In this document: piece after piece, positions 1-26,771 of the stretch | Position numbering within the stretch: the stretch's first letter is position 1 | Layout: the number at the start of each line of letters is the position of its first letter | From: Paraspadella gotoi | Lineage: Eukaryota > Animalia > Chaetognatha | Length of the DNA: 64,000 nucleotides | Direction of reading: 5' to 3' | Assembly (NCBI GenBank): GCA_051294375.1 | Contig: CM119269.1 | Coordinates: forward strand, 20,068,814 to 20,132,813 | Position numbers and translations under genes: made by a program | Notes under the pieces: generated by a model | What the model was told of the DNA's origin: nothing | The model's database searches: none | The model's input: the letters and a program-made list of their open reading frames with translations, nothing else

Positions 1-48
1 TTGTTTATTTCAAATTTAACTGTTCTTAGCCGAATCGCAGATTCGTTC

Positions 49-14790
<14,742 letters not shown>

Positions 14791-14795
14791 GAGTG

Positions 14796-14845
<50 letters not shown>

Positions 14846-14855
14846 AGAGGAGAGA

Positions 14856-14890
<35 letters not shown>

Positions 14891-15444
14891 CNNNNNNNNN
14901 NNNNNNNNNNNNNNNNNNNNNNNNNNNNNNNNNNNNNNNNNNNNNNNNNNNNNNNNNNNNNNNNNNNNNNNNNNNNNNNNNNNNNNNNNNNNNNNNNNNN
15001 NNNNNNNNNNNNNNNNNNNNNNNNNNNNNNNNNNNNNNNNNNNNNNNNNNNNNNNNNNNNNNNNNNTCCGCACCGGGAACGAAGAGGAAGAAGAGGAGAG
15101 AGAGAAAAATGAATTTTGCTTTTTCGCATTTCTGGAGGGGATAAAATCGGGGAGGTTGTTGTATCTCCGGATCCATTAGAAAGGAATCCAATATGTCTGC
15201 CACTGACTTCGATTCTGGCGTCGGAAAAGGGAGAAAAAATCCCGACACCGGAAGTGGGTGGCACCTCGTCGTCGTTGTTGTTGTTGTTGTCGCTTGACTC
15301 ACGATGGAGTAGTCGTCGTCGCCGGCGAATATATGATACTTTTAGATAAATCGTCCTTTTCGTCGTTGTTATCGTCGTCGTCGTTGTCGTCGTTTGATTC
15401 TTTACTGTCGTCTCTCTTATCGTCGTCTTTAATTGATATCGTAT

Positions 15445-15476
<32 letters not shown>

Positions 15477-17010
15477 CTCGGCGTCTTTATTGATATCGAA
15501 GTCGTCGGGTTTTCTCGTCAACTCCTTTAATCAGAGACTGCTTGATCTCAACGGCGCCGATGTGATCGTCGTCGTCATCATCATCATCGGCTTCGTAGTC
15601 GTTCATATGGAATGTAAGAAATTAAATTTTGTCATCCTCGTCAATGTTGTCGTCGTCATTGTCATCGTCGTCGTCGTCGTCGCGTTCAGCATTACAATCA
15701 TTTTAATCGTTTTCATCGTTGTCGTCGCCATCGTCGTCTCGTCGCCAACTCAGACGTCATGTCAAAGAAATAACATTTCGTCGTCGTCGTCGTTTTCAGC
15801 GTCGCCGCTATCGTCATCGGCCGCAGCGAGAAGGCGACATTTTCGGAGGTTAGGTATCAGCGGGGGGATCATAGCATCATCAAGCACATGAGACCAGGAT
15901 TAGTTGTTGGAGACGATCGCGAGAGGAAAGGCGGGCGGTCGGTGAAGGAAAAGGGGGGGGGGAACGCGACGGCACTACGGTTTGAATTGTTATTTGGTCT
16001 GGGAGGATATTAAAAATATATATATATTTTTAAGTTTATGGCCGAATAAAACACTTCTGCGAATAAAATATATATGTATAGTAATTTTCTTTTTTGAGTT
16101 ATTATAGTTGGATAAAACATATATTTTTGTCCATTAAATTCAAGTGTTATCCTTTTTAAATAAAAGGTTTATAGTTTAAATTTATAAGTAATTAAAAAAT
16201 TAGCTTTTATAAAATAAGTAAAATCTGTTCCCGTTAGTTGATCTTTGAGTATCAACAGATTTTTTTACCCAATTAAAAATTAGATAGTTTTAATTATGAA
16301 TACTCTAAAATTATGATTAATGGGAAAACCATCTCGTCCGTATTCAAACCGGAGTGGTCGAACGATCGACGATACGGAGAAACCCGCCATATTTATCGTT
16401 CAACGGATTCATGGAATTTCCTGAAACTGGAGACAGTTTATAGGTTGGGGAGGGGGAGGAGAGGTGGGTGTATATGGTGGGTGAAGGTGGGAAGGTGAAG
16501 GTGGTTGAGGTGGATGGGGGTCAGGGAGATTGGATGGGACGAAAGGGGCGGAGACGTTGGACGAGNNNNNNNNNNNNNNNNNNNNNNNNNNNNNNNNNNN
16601 NNNNNNNNNNNNNNNNNNNNNNNNNNNNNNNNNNNNNNNNNNNNNNNNNNNNNNNNNNNNNNNNNNNNNNNNNNNNNNNNNNNNNNNNNNNNNNNNNNNN
16701 NNNNNNNNNNNNNNNNNNNNNNNNNNNNNNNNNNNNNNNNNNNNNNNNNNNNNNNNNNNNNNNNNNNNNNNNNNNNNNNNNNNNNNNNNNNNNNNNNNNN
16801 NNNNNNNNNNNNNNNNNNNNNNNNNNNNNNNNNNNNNNNNNNNNNNNNNNNNNNNNNNNNNNNNNNNNNNNNNNNNNNNNNNNNNNNNNNNNNNNNNNNN
16901 NNNNNNNNNNNNNNNNNNNNNNNNNNNNNNNNNNNNNNNNNAATTCAATTTCGCTAACTCCATAGATTTGGAAGGACTTGCACTCTCGCGACGAATGGAT
17001 GGAAAGGACG

Positions 17011-17052
<42 letters not shown>

Positions 17053-17220
17053 AGAGAAGAAGAAGAGAAGAGAGAGAGGAGAGAGAGAGAGAGAGAGAGC
17101 CAGAGATGTCTATGAAGGAAGCGATGGATGACGTCGAAGGTCGGTCGACTCGGGGTGTTACTTTACACTTTTTTTTTCTCGCTTGCCTCACTCTTCGTCT
17201 TGTTACATTCAATATCGCTG

Positions 17221-20200
17221 ATGCTTCCTCTTCTTCCGAGATATGGGGCGAGTTTAGGGAGAGATACGAAAAGGCGATTCTCGTACCGAAAGGATAGCGA
17301 TGCTCTACGTAGAAGAAGCGACGAGGAAGGTTGGATCGATCGGTTGGACTGAGATTAGTTGTACTGAGATTGGTTGGACTGAGATTGGTTGGACTGAGAT
17401 TAGTTGTACTGAGATTGGTTGGACCGAGATTGGTTGGACTGAGATTGGTTGGACTGAGATTTGTTGGAATGAGATTGGTTGGACTGAGATTGGTTGGACT
17501 GAGATTGGTTGGACTGAGATTGGTCCTTTACTAATTTTTTCTGCGTTTTCCTCTGTTTTTTTTTCTTTTTTTTCTCTCTTTATTATTTTAACAACCTGAG
17601 TTATTATGTTCATGTTCCTTTTTATCCTTTTAATTTTTGGTAACTAACAACGAACGATAAAGTTAAAACAATCATCAACATGAAACTAAAAAAGGAGAAT
17701 ATAAATTGAAACACAAGCGCACCTTATTATTTCTATACATCTTTACAATCTGACGACGTCCTCTCCATCTTTTCCACACAGGAGCAAAACCCTGCGTGCC
17801 GATCCACTGTGTGGTCGAGAGAGTTACGACGCCGGATGTTGGCGCCGCCGAAGATGAGAGGCGAGGAGGCGCCGGCGAAGAGGTGCTTTTGTTGTTGTCG
17901 CTGTTGTTGGTGTATAAATAATCGATTCATTTTTTTTAAAAATATAAAAACGGTCGAGCATTAAACATTTTATAAATTGAAGCACAATGAATAAATATGC
18001 AACTTAATTTTTCAATTTACAGATCGGATCAGACTGGAATAGTGATTTGAGAGGAGAAAAGGTAAGAAAAGTTACTAATTGATTGATTGATTGCTTTATT
18101 TATCTATTTATTTTTTATTCATTTATTTATTTATTTAATTTATTTATATACATAGACGACTTTGGAGATGGACGGCTACGCCATCATCCCTACATCCACG
18201 CCCTTCAAAGACGTCGTCCACGCGGCGCTGGAGAAGTTAGAGTTTTCTCCCGCCGACGTCTTTACCGCTACAGGTTAGTCGCTTTTTTAAGCGGTGAAAA
18301 CTNNNNNNNNNNNNNNNNNNNNNNNNNNNNNNNNNNNNNNNNNNNNNNNNNNNNNNNNNNNNNNNNNNNNNNNNNNNNNNNNNNNNNNNNNNNNNNNNNN
18401 NNNNNNNNNNNNNNNNNNNNNNNNNNNNNNNNNNNNNNNNNNNNNNNNNNNNNNNNNNNNNNNNNNNNNNNNNNNNNNNNNNNNNNNNNNNNNNNNNNNN
18501 NNNNNNNNNNNNNNNNNNNNNNNNNNNNNNNNNNNNNNNNNNNNNNNNNNNNNNNNNNNNNNNNNNNNNNNNNNNNNNNNNNNNNNNNNNNNNNNNNCAA
18601 TGAGGAAGCGAAAACAAAGAAAGTCTCAAAACCCCGAAATGAAAAAAGGCTTCGCCGTTGTTGGGGGGGACAAGAGGAGGGAGAGCCACACACAGTGTCA
18701 CATCGGAAAAAAGAAGCCGGAGTTGGTTGAGTAAATGAAAAACATTTTTCTATTTTATTCGATCGGAGACTTTTTTTAGTAGTTTTTAACGTTTTTCTTC
18801 TCATATTATACTATATTTTATTAATTTTTAAAAAAAATTCAAATGAACAAAGTTTTATTTTCATATAACATTTGGAAAAATTGTCTTTTTGTCCCGTTTC
18901 CTATTTTGCGGGTGAAAGAAAAATGAAAAGAAAAAGGAAAAGAAAGATGGAAAATCTTAGAACGAATCCGTCGAAAAGCTCATTACTTAATTTTCCCCAA
19001 TCGCGGACTGAAAAAAACCTGAATGAAACAGAGAAAAAGAGATAGAAAAAAGAAAAAAAAAGGGAAACCTAAAGATTTTGTCTTTTGAATTAATTTTCTT
19101 AGAATATGCAAAAAAAAATTAATGAAGAGGGAGAGGCCAAGTTTGGAGACTCGGTTGATAATACGGAAATGGAGAAATGGAAAAGTGGGGGAAAAATGAA
19201 GAAGAAATAAAAATAGAAGGAGAACAAACGCAATAAAAGGAGGAAAAATTAGAGAAAAAAAGGAGGAACGTCTTTCTCGCCTTTGAGTTTAACAACTATT
19301 TGTTAAATATATATTATATATATATATATATATACGTAGGTTTTCTCAAAAGTTAAGAAACGATTTTTTCCTCTTTTCCTTCTCATTCGAGGCGACATTT
19401 CAATTTTACGGCTCTCATCGCAATGACTCACGAAATTGTATCGATGACGCTCCGTCGCTATTTTTAGAAGCGAAGCGGAATCTGAAGAAGTTTCATTTTA
19501 AGAAACAATGATGGAGAAACGTAGTTAAACCGCAGGGGCGACCGTCAGCGCACTAACTTTTCAGTTATGAGTTACGGACGATTGGCCGCAACAATATCCT
19601 TCAACTTGGCATATTTTTTAGCAAGGAAGCTGTTATTTACTTCCAAACCTTTTGTTCGAATCTTGTTGTAAAGCAAGAAATTGCTTGCGGTTTTTTTGTT
19701 GTTTTTTTTAAGATAAGGGAAACCAAGAGAAATCTGCAAAAAGCGATTCAGCGTGAATAAAGAGATTGAGTGAGAGAAAGAGACCGATGAGGAATGAGAC
19801 GAGAGCATGAGAGAGAGAGAAGAGACGACGAGCAGAGGAGACGAGCGAGATGAAGAGAGAGAGGAGACGAAGAGAGGAGAGAGAACGAAATTTAGTCGAT
19901 ATTCAATTCTTTTTCGAATCCGTTGAACTGAAAAACTAAAATAAAGAAGGAAGAGAAACGAAAGTTCGTAAGAGGATCATTGAACAGCCAAAAAAGCGTA
20001 GTTTGTTAGGAGGAGGAAGGGGAGTAAGGGGAGGAAAAGAAGGTAAAGGAGGAGGAAGGGAGGAAAAGAAGGTTAAAGGAGGAGGAAGCGGTAGAAAGAA
20101 GGGAAAGCGAGGAGGAAAGGGGACAGGAAAAGAAGGGAAAGGAGGAAAAGGGAGCGAAAAGAAGGGAAAAGAGGAGGAGGAGAAAAAAAGAAACATATCG

Positions 20201-23200
20201 AATTTTCGCACCTGGCGCCGGTTTCACGCCCCGCCGCATCCCCTCTTCAGTAATGCGGAAATCTGCCGTATTGCGGTATTGTTAGGCTGTTCTATACCCG
20301 TAGAAAATAATAATTCTTTACAGCACAAAGGTTTATATTTATGTATATTAATTCTTTTAAAAAAGAGGAAGAGAATGAAAGAGTGGTCACTAAAAAAATG
20401 ATTTATCCCTTCCCTGTCAGGAGTTCTCCAGCTCCGGAAGTGGCGCCCTCTCGCCCTCGACGCTGTCGCCGCCTCCACCTCCGCCACCGTCGACGATGTC
20501 TTCGGCGAAGTCGCTTCAGTTGCGACTCTCAAGATCACTTTGGCCAAGTCAGTTGGCAGATAAGCAAAAATCAAATTTGCATATTGTAGCGTAACGTGTT
20601 TACTTTTCGATGAGAGAAAATAAAAATCATTCTAAAATTGTCAAATTTTTTGGGTTTTTTTTAAAAAAATCTACTTAAAAAAATGTCAAAAGTATACGGT
20701 AATCATCCGTACGTACGAATAACAAAAATAACAAAGACGTACGTTTCATCGCGTGATCTCTCAAATTTCATGGTCAAAGTAATCATTCTTTTTAATTTAT
20801 AATATTAATTAATTTTCCCCTATCAGATCGCCCGATCAAATGCTGGAGCGAATGAGGACCGACCTATTCGAGATGATGGTCTCGGGAGAAAAGGGAAGTT
20901 CGTTCAAGGTGAGTTGAAACAATTAACCTTAAACAGGAACACTTACCTTTCTTGCCTCACCATATTTTCTCTATCGTCCCCTCGCCCCTTCGACCTTCCG
21001 CCACTCCCCTCATCCGCTCATTTCAGCCCCCCGTCGCCCCTCCTTCGCCCCACGAGCCCCGCCACCCATCGGCGCTGCTCCGCCAACTGCGTCAGGCCTT
21101 CGACGATTTTCTCGAGACTTGGAGTGGCAGCGGTGGAACGGCGCTAAATAGCGCCGCCAATCGGTCAGCGCCGCGAGTTTCCGGCGCCGACGTTGACGTC
21201 AAAGCAGAACCGAACAGCGACCAAAACGAAACACGTAAAGATATTGTTTTTTATTTTTATTTATTTAGTTTTTTTTCTGTTTAAAGTTTAAACGTTCCAA
21301 TTTCGCCCCTGTCCCCCATTTTAACAGGACGGCCTCCCTCCGCCGCCAGTTTCGTCGTCCCTTCGGCCGCGGCTCCGATTTCCCCGGTTTCTCACCTAAC
21401 CGCCGCCGCCCCGATCTCCGCCTCAGCCGCCGCAGCACCGCCTCTCGGCTCCGCGGCGCCTCGACATCCTCCGAACGGCGTCGCTAGTCTCTCCCCTCTC
21501 GCTCTCTTTCGATCGAGTCTTGATCAACAGATGCATTCGGGGTCGGCCTTCTCCGCTTTCGCCGGTGGGTAGAGGCGGTTGGAGGAAGTAGGGGATGTAA
21601 ATGTTAATATCTTTTCTTCTCTCTTTTCCAGGAAATCGCGATCCTCCTCAGCCTCTTGTCGGTCAACTTCCTCCCCACTCCTCCTCTTCTTCCTCGTCCT
21701 CTTCTTCTTCTTCCTCTTCCTCCTCTTGCCTGCCAGGGGCAAAGTTTCCCTCGCACCTGTTGGAGTCCTTTGATCAGGCGACGGACCTGACTCTCGCAAA
21801 TCAAGGTTTGCTTTTTGAACTGTAGATTGTAGATTTTATCAGCTATGAACAAGTATTAAAATTAAGGTGAAACTTTGCATAACAATACTCACCATGCCGA
21901 AGACGATAAAAGATGCAATCGTAAAAAAAAAAAAAAGAAAGAAAAAAAACATGAGTCACAACTCTCCCTGTCTCACTCAATCTCAGGCTCCCTATACCGA
22001 GTGGCAGGATCGACCCCTTCCCTCCAGCAGCTACAACAACAGCACCAAGCCGCGCTCCTTAGCCCGTCCGCCGCCGCCGCCGCAGCCGCGGCCGCAGCGA
22101 CCACAGCGCCGTCGGCTCCCTCCGCCGGCCCCCCTGGTCTCTTCTACGGCGCCATGGTCGGTCGCGGCGCCTTCGCACAACCTCGCGTCCGCAATCGAAC
22201 CTCTTTCGATCCCGAGGAAGAGATTCCGCGTCTCCAGCACTGGTTCGCCATCAATCAGCACCCTAGCAGAGTCAAGCTGGAGATGTACCTGCAAGAGCTG
22301 AACAACCTGCCCATAAGGTTATTTTGCCGGGCTTTGAATTAAGTAAAATGATGATGGTTAATGAATATGCGACGTGACCTTTCTCCTCGATAGAAAAATG
22401 AAAAACAAGCCGTTGGAATTGCACAACGTCATCTATTGGTTCAAAAACGCGCGCGCCGCCTACAAAAAGGCGAGAAACAACCAGCGGGACGGAGAAGGCG
22501 CCGACGTCGCCGCCGGCGACCGCCGCGACGAGAGGCGAGCCGTCGGAGGATCGTTCGACGCCGAGGCTTTCGGAGGAGGAGGGGGAGGAGGAGGAGGATT
22601 TGGAGGAGGCATGGAGGCGTTCGTCGAGGAAGAAGGGAGGAGGAGTCGATCCACCGATGCCGTCGTTGTCGACGAAGCCATCGACTTGAGGGGAGAAAAT
22701 TCCCGGTGAGTTGGAGATCTAGATGGCGGGAGGGGAAGTGGGGGAGCGTGAAAATTAATTGATAAAAAAGGCCCGGGGTGAAAAGAGGATAGAGATTAGA
22801 TAAGGAGAAAGGTGAAGATCAGGAGGAAGATGAGTGAATGACAAAAAAGCTCGAAACTTTAACTCCTTACTAATATCCCGTGAGCGATAACGATTGCTAT
22901 GATAAAACAAGAACGGTAATTCCAATGTGTTTCGCCGCCGTGAATGTATTTCGAAAAATACTACAACGAAAAACCCCTAAAAACAAAAAANNNNNNNNNN
23001 NNNNNNNNNNNNNNNCAAAAAAAAAAAAACAAAACAAAACAGAAATACCGTAAAAAATAGAACAATTATCCGACTAAATCCGCTTCTCCTTTAATATTTT
23101 TTTGTCCTCTTCCCTCTCTTATTTCACCCTCCCCCCTGCTCTCTTTCCCTCCCCTTCCCCCTCTCCTTCCCTGCTCCCTTCCCTCTGCTCCCTCAGTCTT

Positions 23201-24509
23201 TCCGCCCTCCTTCCTCCCTCCCCGTCCTTCCAACAAAAACGCCGTCTACGTCATCGACCCCAACGCGCGCGACGGGGCCGCCGCAGCGACGCGCGGCAGA
23301 GGAAGCGGCGCCGGCGACGAAGTTTTCGACGCCAGCGACGACGACGGCGACGACGAAATCGACGACATCGACGACGAAGACGAAGAGTCCCGGATGTGGT
23401 TCGATTGGACGGAGACAAGGAGGACGAATTAGGGGTGAGGGAAAGGAGGATAAGGAGGAGGAAGAGGAGACATGAGAAGAAGAGTAAAGAATGAGAGATG
23501 GTTGAGGGAAAATTTTTTAATTCTAATATTTTTTTTTTCTCCTAAAGATTTCGCTGACGACTGAACAACTTCGAAACGACGTCGATCGTCGATTTCGAGC
23601 TGCGACGAATTTCCTGCGAAACGTGTCGACGTCAAGGTTAAGGAGGTGAGGTCAAGTTAAAAAAGGGTGAGGTCAAATTAAACGGTTAAGGTCAAGTTAA
23701 ACGGGTGAGGTCAAGGTCAAAGGGGTTAGGTCAAGTTAAAACGGATGAGGTCAAAGTCAAACGGGTAAGTCAAGTTAAAAAGGGTGAGGTAAAGGACAAA
23801 CGGGTGAGGTCAAGTTAAAACAGGATGAGGTCATGGTCAAAAGGGTTAGGTCAAGTTAAAATGGATAAGGTCAAGTTAAAATGGATGAGATAAAGTTCAA
23901 ATGGGTGAGGTAAAGGTCAAACTCGTTAGGTCAAGTTACAACGGATGAGGTCACGATTGAAACGGGTTAGGGCAAGTTAAAACCGGGGGAAAAATCAAGG
24001 TCAATCATATATGGCAATGATTGAAAAAATTAGATTAAGAAGGTGAGAATAATTATTTAAATTTGATCAAAAAAATAGAAGACGAGCGGCAATTAAGCAA
24101 TAGAAAGGGAGCGTTTCGTTTCCAAAATGGTCCATTAAAATCATTAATTCTATATCAATAATCAATATTTGCTCTCAAATCCTCAGAATCTTCTCTTTCT
24201 CCGGTTTCCGCTCCCAACGACTCCTATCGTCACTCTCCTCAGCAGTCACTACATCAATCGCCCCAGCAGTTAAATCCAGCGATCGCCGCAGAGGTCACCA
24301 ACAGGTCGCCCCAGCGATCGCCACCTACATTCATTGCCTCGTTCGCCAGCGGCAAATCACCGATTAGACCGCACTCCCACTCGCCATCCCCTGTTTCAGT
24401 CGCCTCCGCAAGAGGCGTGGATTCCATCGCATCCGGGTGGGTGAAAGGAAGCACGAAAGGATAATGAAAGAAAAAATAATAAATAAATAAATAAATAAAT
24501 AAATAATAA

Positions 24510-24552
<43 letters not shown>

Positions 24553-25042
24553 ATTAAATAAATAAATAAAATAAATAAATAAATAAATAAATAATAAATA
24601 AAAATAAAATGGATAATTATCAAAAAATTATAAAAAAAAGTGTTAAAATAAATGAAATAATAATAAAATTCTCGCCACAATTCAGTGATGCCCGGTTGTC
24701 TCCCTCTCCCCCTCGACTCTTCCCCCACATCACTCTTCCGACTTTGGTTTTCTCGATCTGAGGATGAAAAATGTCTGGCGCCGCAATCGACCTCCGCGGC
24801 GCCGGCGTTGACCTCCGCTGGCGCCGGCGGTCCGGCTCTCCGATCCCCCGGCATCGGCCTTCGAGGCGACGGCGTCTTCAGAGATGCCGCGTTCCCGTCG
24901 CGCGAATTCCGACTTCGTCGTCGACTCATCTGGCCGCTGCAGCTTTTGCCGCGGCGGCAGCGGCGGGGTCGGCGGCGTCGGAGCACCAGTTGGTAAGAAA
25001 AAGAGGAGAAAAATAAAGAAAGGAAGAATAGAGAGAGAGAGA

Positions 25043-25111
<69 letters not shown>

Positions 25112-25132
25112 AGAGAGAGAGAGAGAAGAGAT

Positions 25133-25204
<72 letters not shown>

Positions 25205-26570
25205 AGACTGAGAGTCTCTTTCTTTCCAAAGGCGCTCCTCAGCTCCCGACGTCTTCGTCGGCCGGCGCCATTGGCAACGGGTTTCACGGTCATGCCGGCG
25301 AACGGGATTCGGCGCTGCCAACGACGCCGGTGGGATCGTACAGCTGCTGGCCGCGGAGGCGGGCGATCGACTGCAGCAGCAGAGGCAGGAACAGCATCTT
25401 CAGCATCAGCAGTCGCACGGAGATTTGTATGACATCGACAGGTACGAACTTGTACACGTATATATATCAAATATTTCCATAAAATTTGTTCAGATTTTAA
25501 ATACTAATCTTAGAATATAAATAAATACTAATATGAAATACTAATAAATATTTTAGCCTAACCGCCTCCTTACAATTTCCAAGGTTCAGCGCCCTGACGG
25601 AAGCGGACAAACGGAAGCGGAACCGCGTCTTCATCGATCCGCTGTCTGAAATCCCAAAGTTGGAGAGATGGTTCGCCGAGGATACTCATCCGACGCTGGA
25701 CATGATCGAACGGATGTGCGAGGAGTTGAATAGGAGCGAATACAGGTGGGTCAGATGGGACGGGATGGATTAGATGGATGGATATATGGATGGATGTATA
25801 AATCGATTGTTGGATGGATGGATGATGTATGGATAGGTTGTTGGATGAATGGACTTGTAGAAGCTCATCTGATAACAACACAACAACGACGACGATGGTC
25901 TGATGACTTGATGAATGCCTGGATGGAGGTATAGATGATAAATGAATGAATGAATGAATGAATGAATGAATGAATGAATGAATGAATGAATGAATGAATG
26001 AATAAATGAATGAATGAATGAATGGATGAATGGATGGATGGATGGATGGATGGATGGATGATGGATCATGGATGGAGAAATGAATAGATTGGTGGATGAA
26101 TTGATGGGTGGATGATGGAGGGATGGAAATGTAGATGGATGAGTAGACGAAGTAACGGTTTAAGGGATCGACGGATCTAGTCTAGATTCTAGACGGATAA
26201 AATCTTTTTTCTTTTTTACGTCTCCGCCTCAGAAATGAAATTCCCCAAATTGGAACCTCGAAACGTTCAACTTTGGTTCAAAAATCATCGCGCGAAAGTC
26301 AAACGCGTTCGACTGAAATCTGTCGCCAGCGGCAGCAAGATGAGCGAGTCGTCCGTCGCCGCCGCCGCCGCTGCAGTCGCCGCAAACGCCGCAGCGCCGC
26401 CGTCGACACGAGAACGACTTCCGCCGCCGATTTCCCTGCAGAGCTGCAGCCGCGCGACAGCTCGGCGGCGTGGTTCCGTCTAGGCGTACATGGTGCCGCG
26501 GCCGCCGCGGCCGCCGGCATGTTCGTCGCCGCGCCCAACGCGTTCTCCGGTCTGCGTCGAACGCTGTTAA
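17221..26570 (+). CDS. dve-1: Defective proventriculus / DVE-1 (Compass/SATB-family) homeobox transcription factor, multi-exon; the 3' exons in this copy carry indels
   Basis: GT-AG exons in consistent phase: 17221-17329 (tentative first exon), 17782-17882, 18023-18061, 18156-18273, 20421-20547, 20827-20908, 21027-21234, 21328-21564, 21632-21805, 21987-22317, 22394-22705. Further exons at ~23230-23394, ~23548-23636, ~24187-24435, ~24686-24992, ~25232-25441, 25584-25745 and ~26233-26570. CMP domain reads PCVPIHCVVERV...LEMDGYAIIPTSTPFKDVVHAALEKLEF...GVLQLRKWRPLALD...VFGEVASVATLKI. Two dve-type homeodomains follow. Confidence 0.9.
17341..17524 (+). repeat. 15-bp minisatellite (TTGGTTGGACTGAGA, ~12 units) in the putative first dve intron
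   Basis: Seen directly; it generates the spurious WTEIG and PISVQ repeat ORFs. Confidence 0.9.
17782..20547 (+). CDS. dve-1: dve Compass (CMP/ULD-like) domain exons
   Basis: Four in-phase exons (17782-17882, 18023-18061, 18156-18273, 20421-20547) encode PIHCVVE, DGYAIIP..TPF..VV.AAL and G.L....W.PL, the recognisable Compass domain pattern of Drosophila Dve. Confidence 0.85.
21987..22705 (+). CDS. dve-1: dve homeodomain 1 (two exons)
   Basis: RVRNRTSFDPEEEIPRLQHWFAINQHPSRVKLEMYLQELNNLPIR|KMKNKPLELHNVIYWFKNARAAYKK, split by a phase-2 intron at 22318-22393. Confidence 0.92.
23640..24003 (+). repeat. ~19-bp intronic minisatellite (consensus GGGTGAGGTCAAGTTAAAA); second copy at ~34805-35166
   Basis: Degenerate tandem units, most containing AGGTCA. 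Confidence 0.88.
24470..24610 (+). repeat. (AAAT)n microsatellite in a dve intron
   Basis: Seen directly; also present at ~35650-35790. Confidence 0.9.
25584..26570 (+). CDS. dve-1: dve homeodomain 2 and C-terminus (copy 1, indel-containing)
   Basis: KRKRNRVFIDPLSEIPKLERWFAEDTHPTLDMIERMCEELNRSEYR|MKFPKLEPRNVQLWFKNHRAKVKR. Confidence 0.88.
25760..26140 (+). repeat. (ATGG)n/(ATGA)n tetranucleotide microsatellites in a dve intron
   Basis: Seen directly; also present at ~36915-37250. Confidence 0.9.
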
Positions 26571-26716
26571 AGATTCGGATCATGAAGAACTATATTAAGA
26601 GAATCGTCGAACAAGAAAACTAAAAAAAAATATTTACTTTAAAAAACGTAAAGGTTCATAACAATCTCCCATCTTTACTACCCATTACAAAATGCTCCGA
26701 ATCTGCCAAATTTTAA

Positions 26717-26771
<55 letters not shown>

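Noticed and set aside
16313-16498. 61-aa ORF as a possible alternative first exon of dve
   Set aside because: Its candidate donor is phase 2, which does not match the phase-1 CMP exon, and the adjacent N gap prevents evaluation.
17300-17613. Pentapeptide-repeat-like ORFs (WTEIG, PISVQ) and a superficially CRISPR-like periodicity
   Set aside because: This is a spacer-less 15-bp intronic minisatellite that is open in several frames; there are no cas genes and the context is eukaryotic.
20003-20401. Gly/Lys/Glu-rich ORF
   Set aside because: It is a purine-rich low-complexity stretch inside a dve intron.
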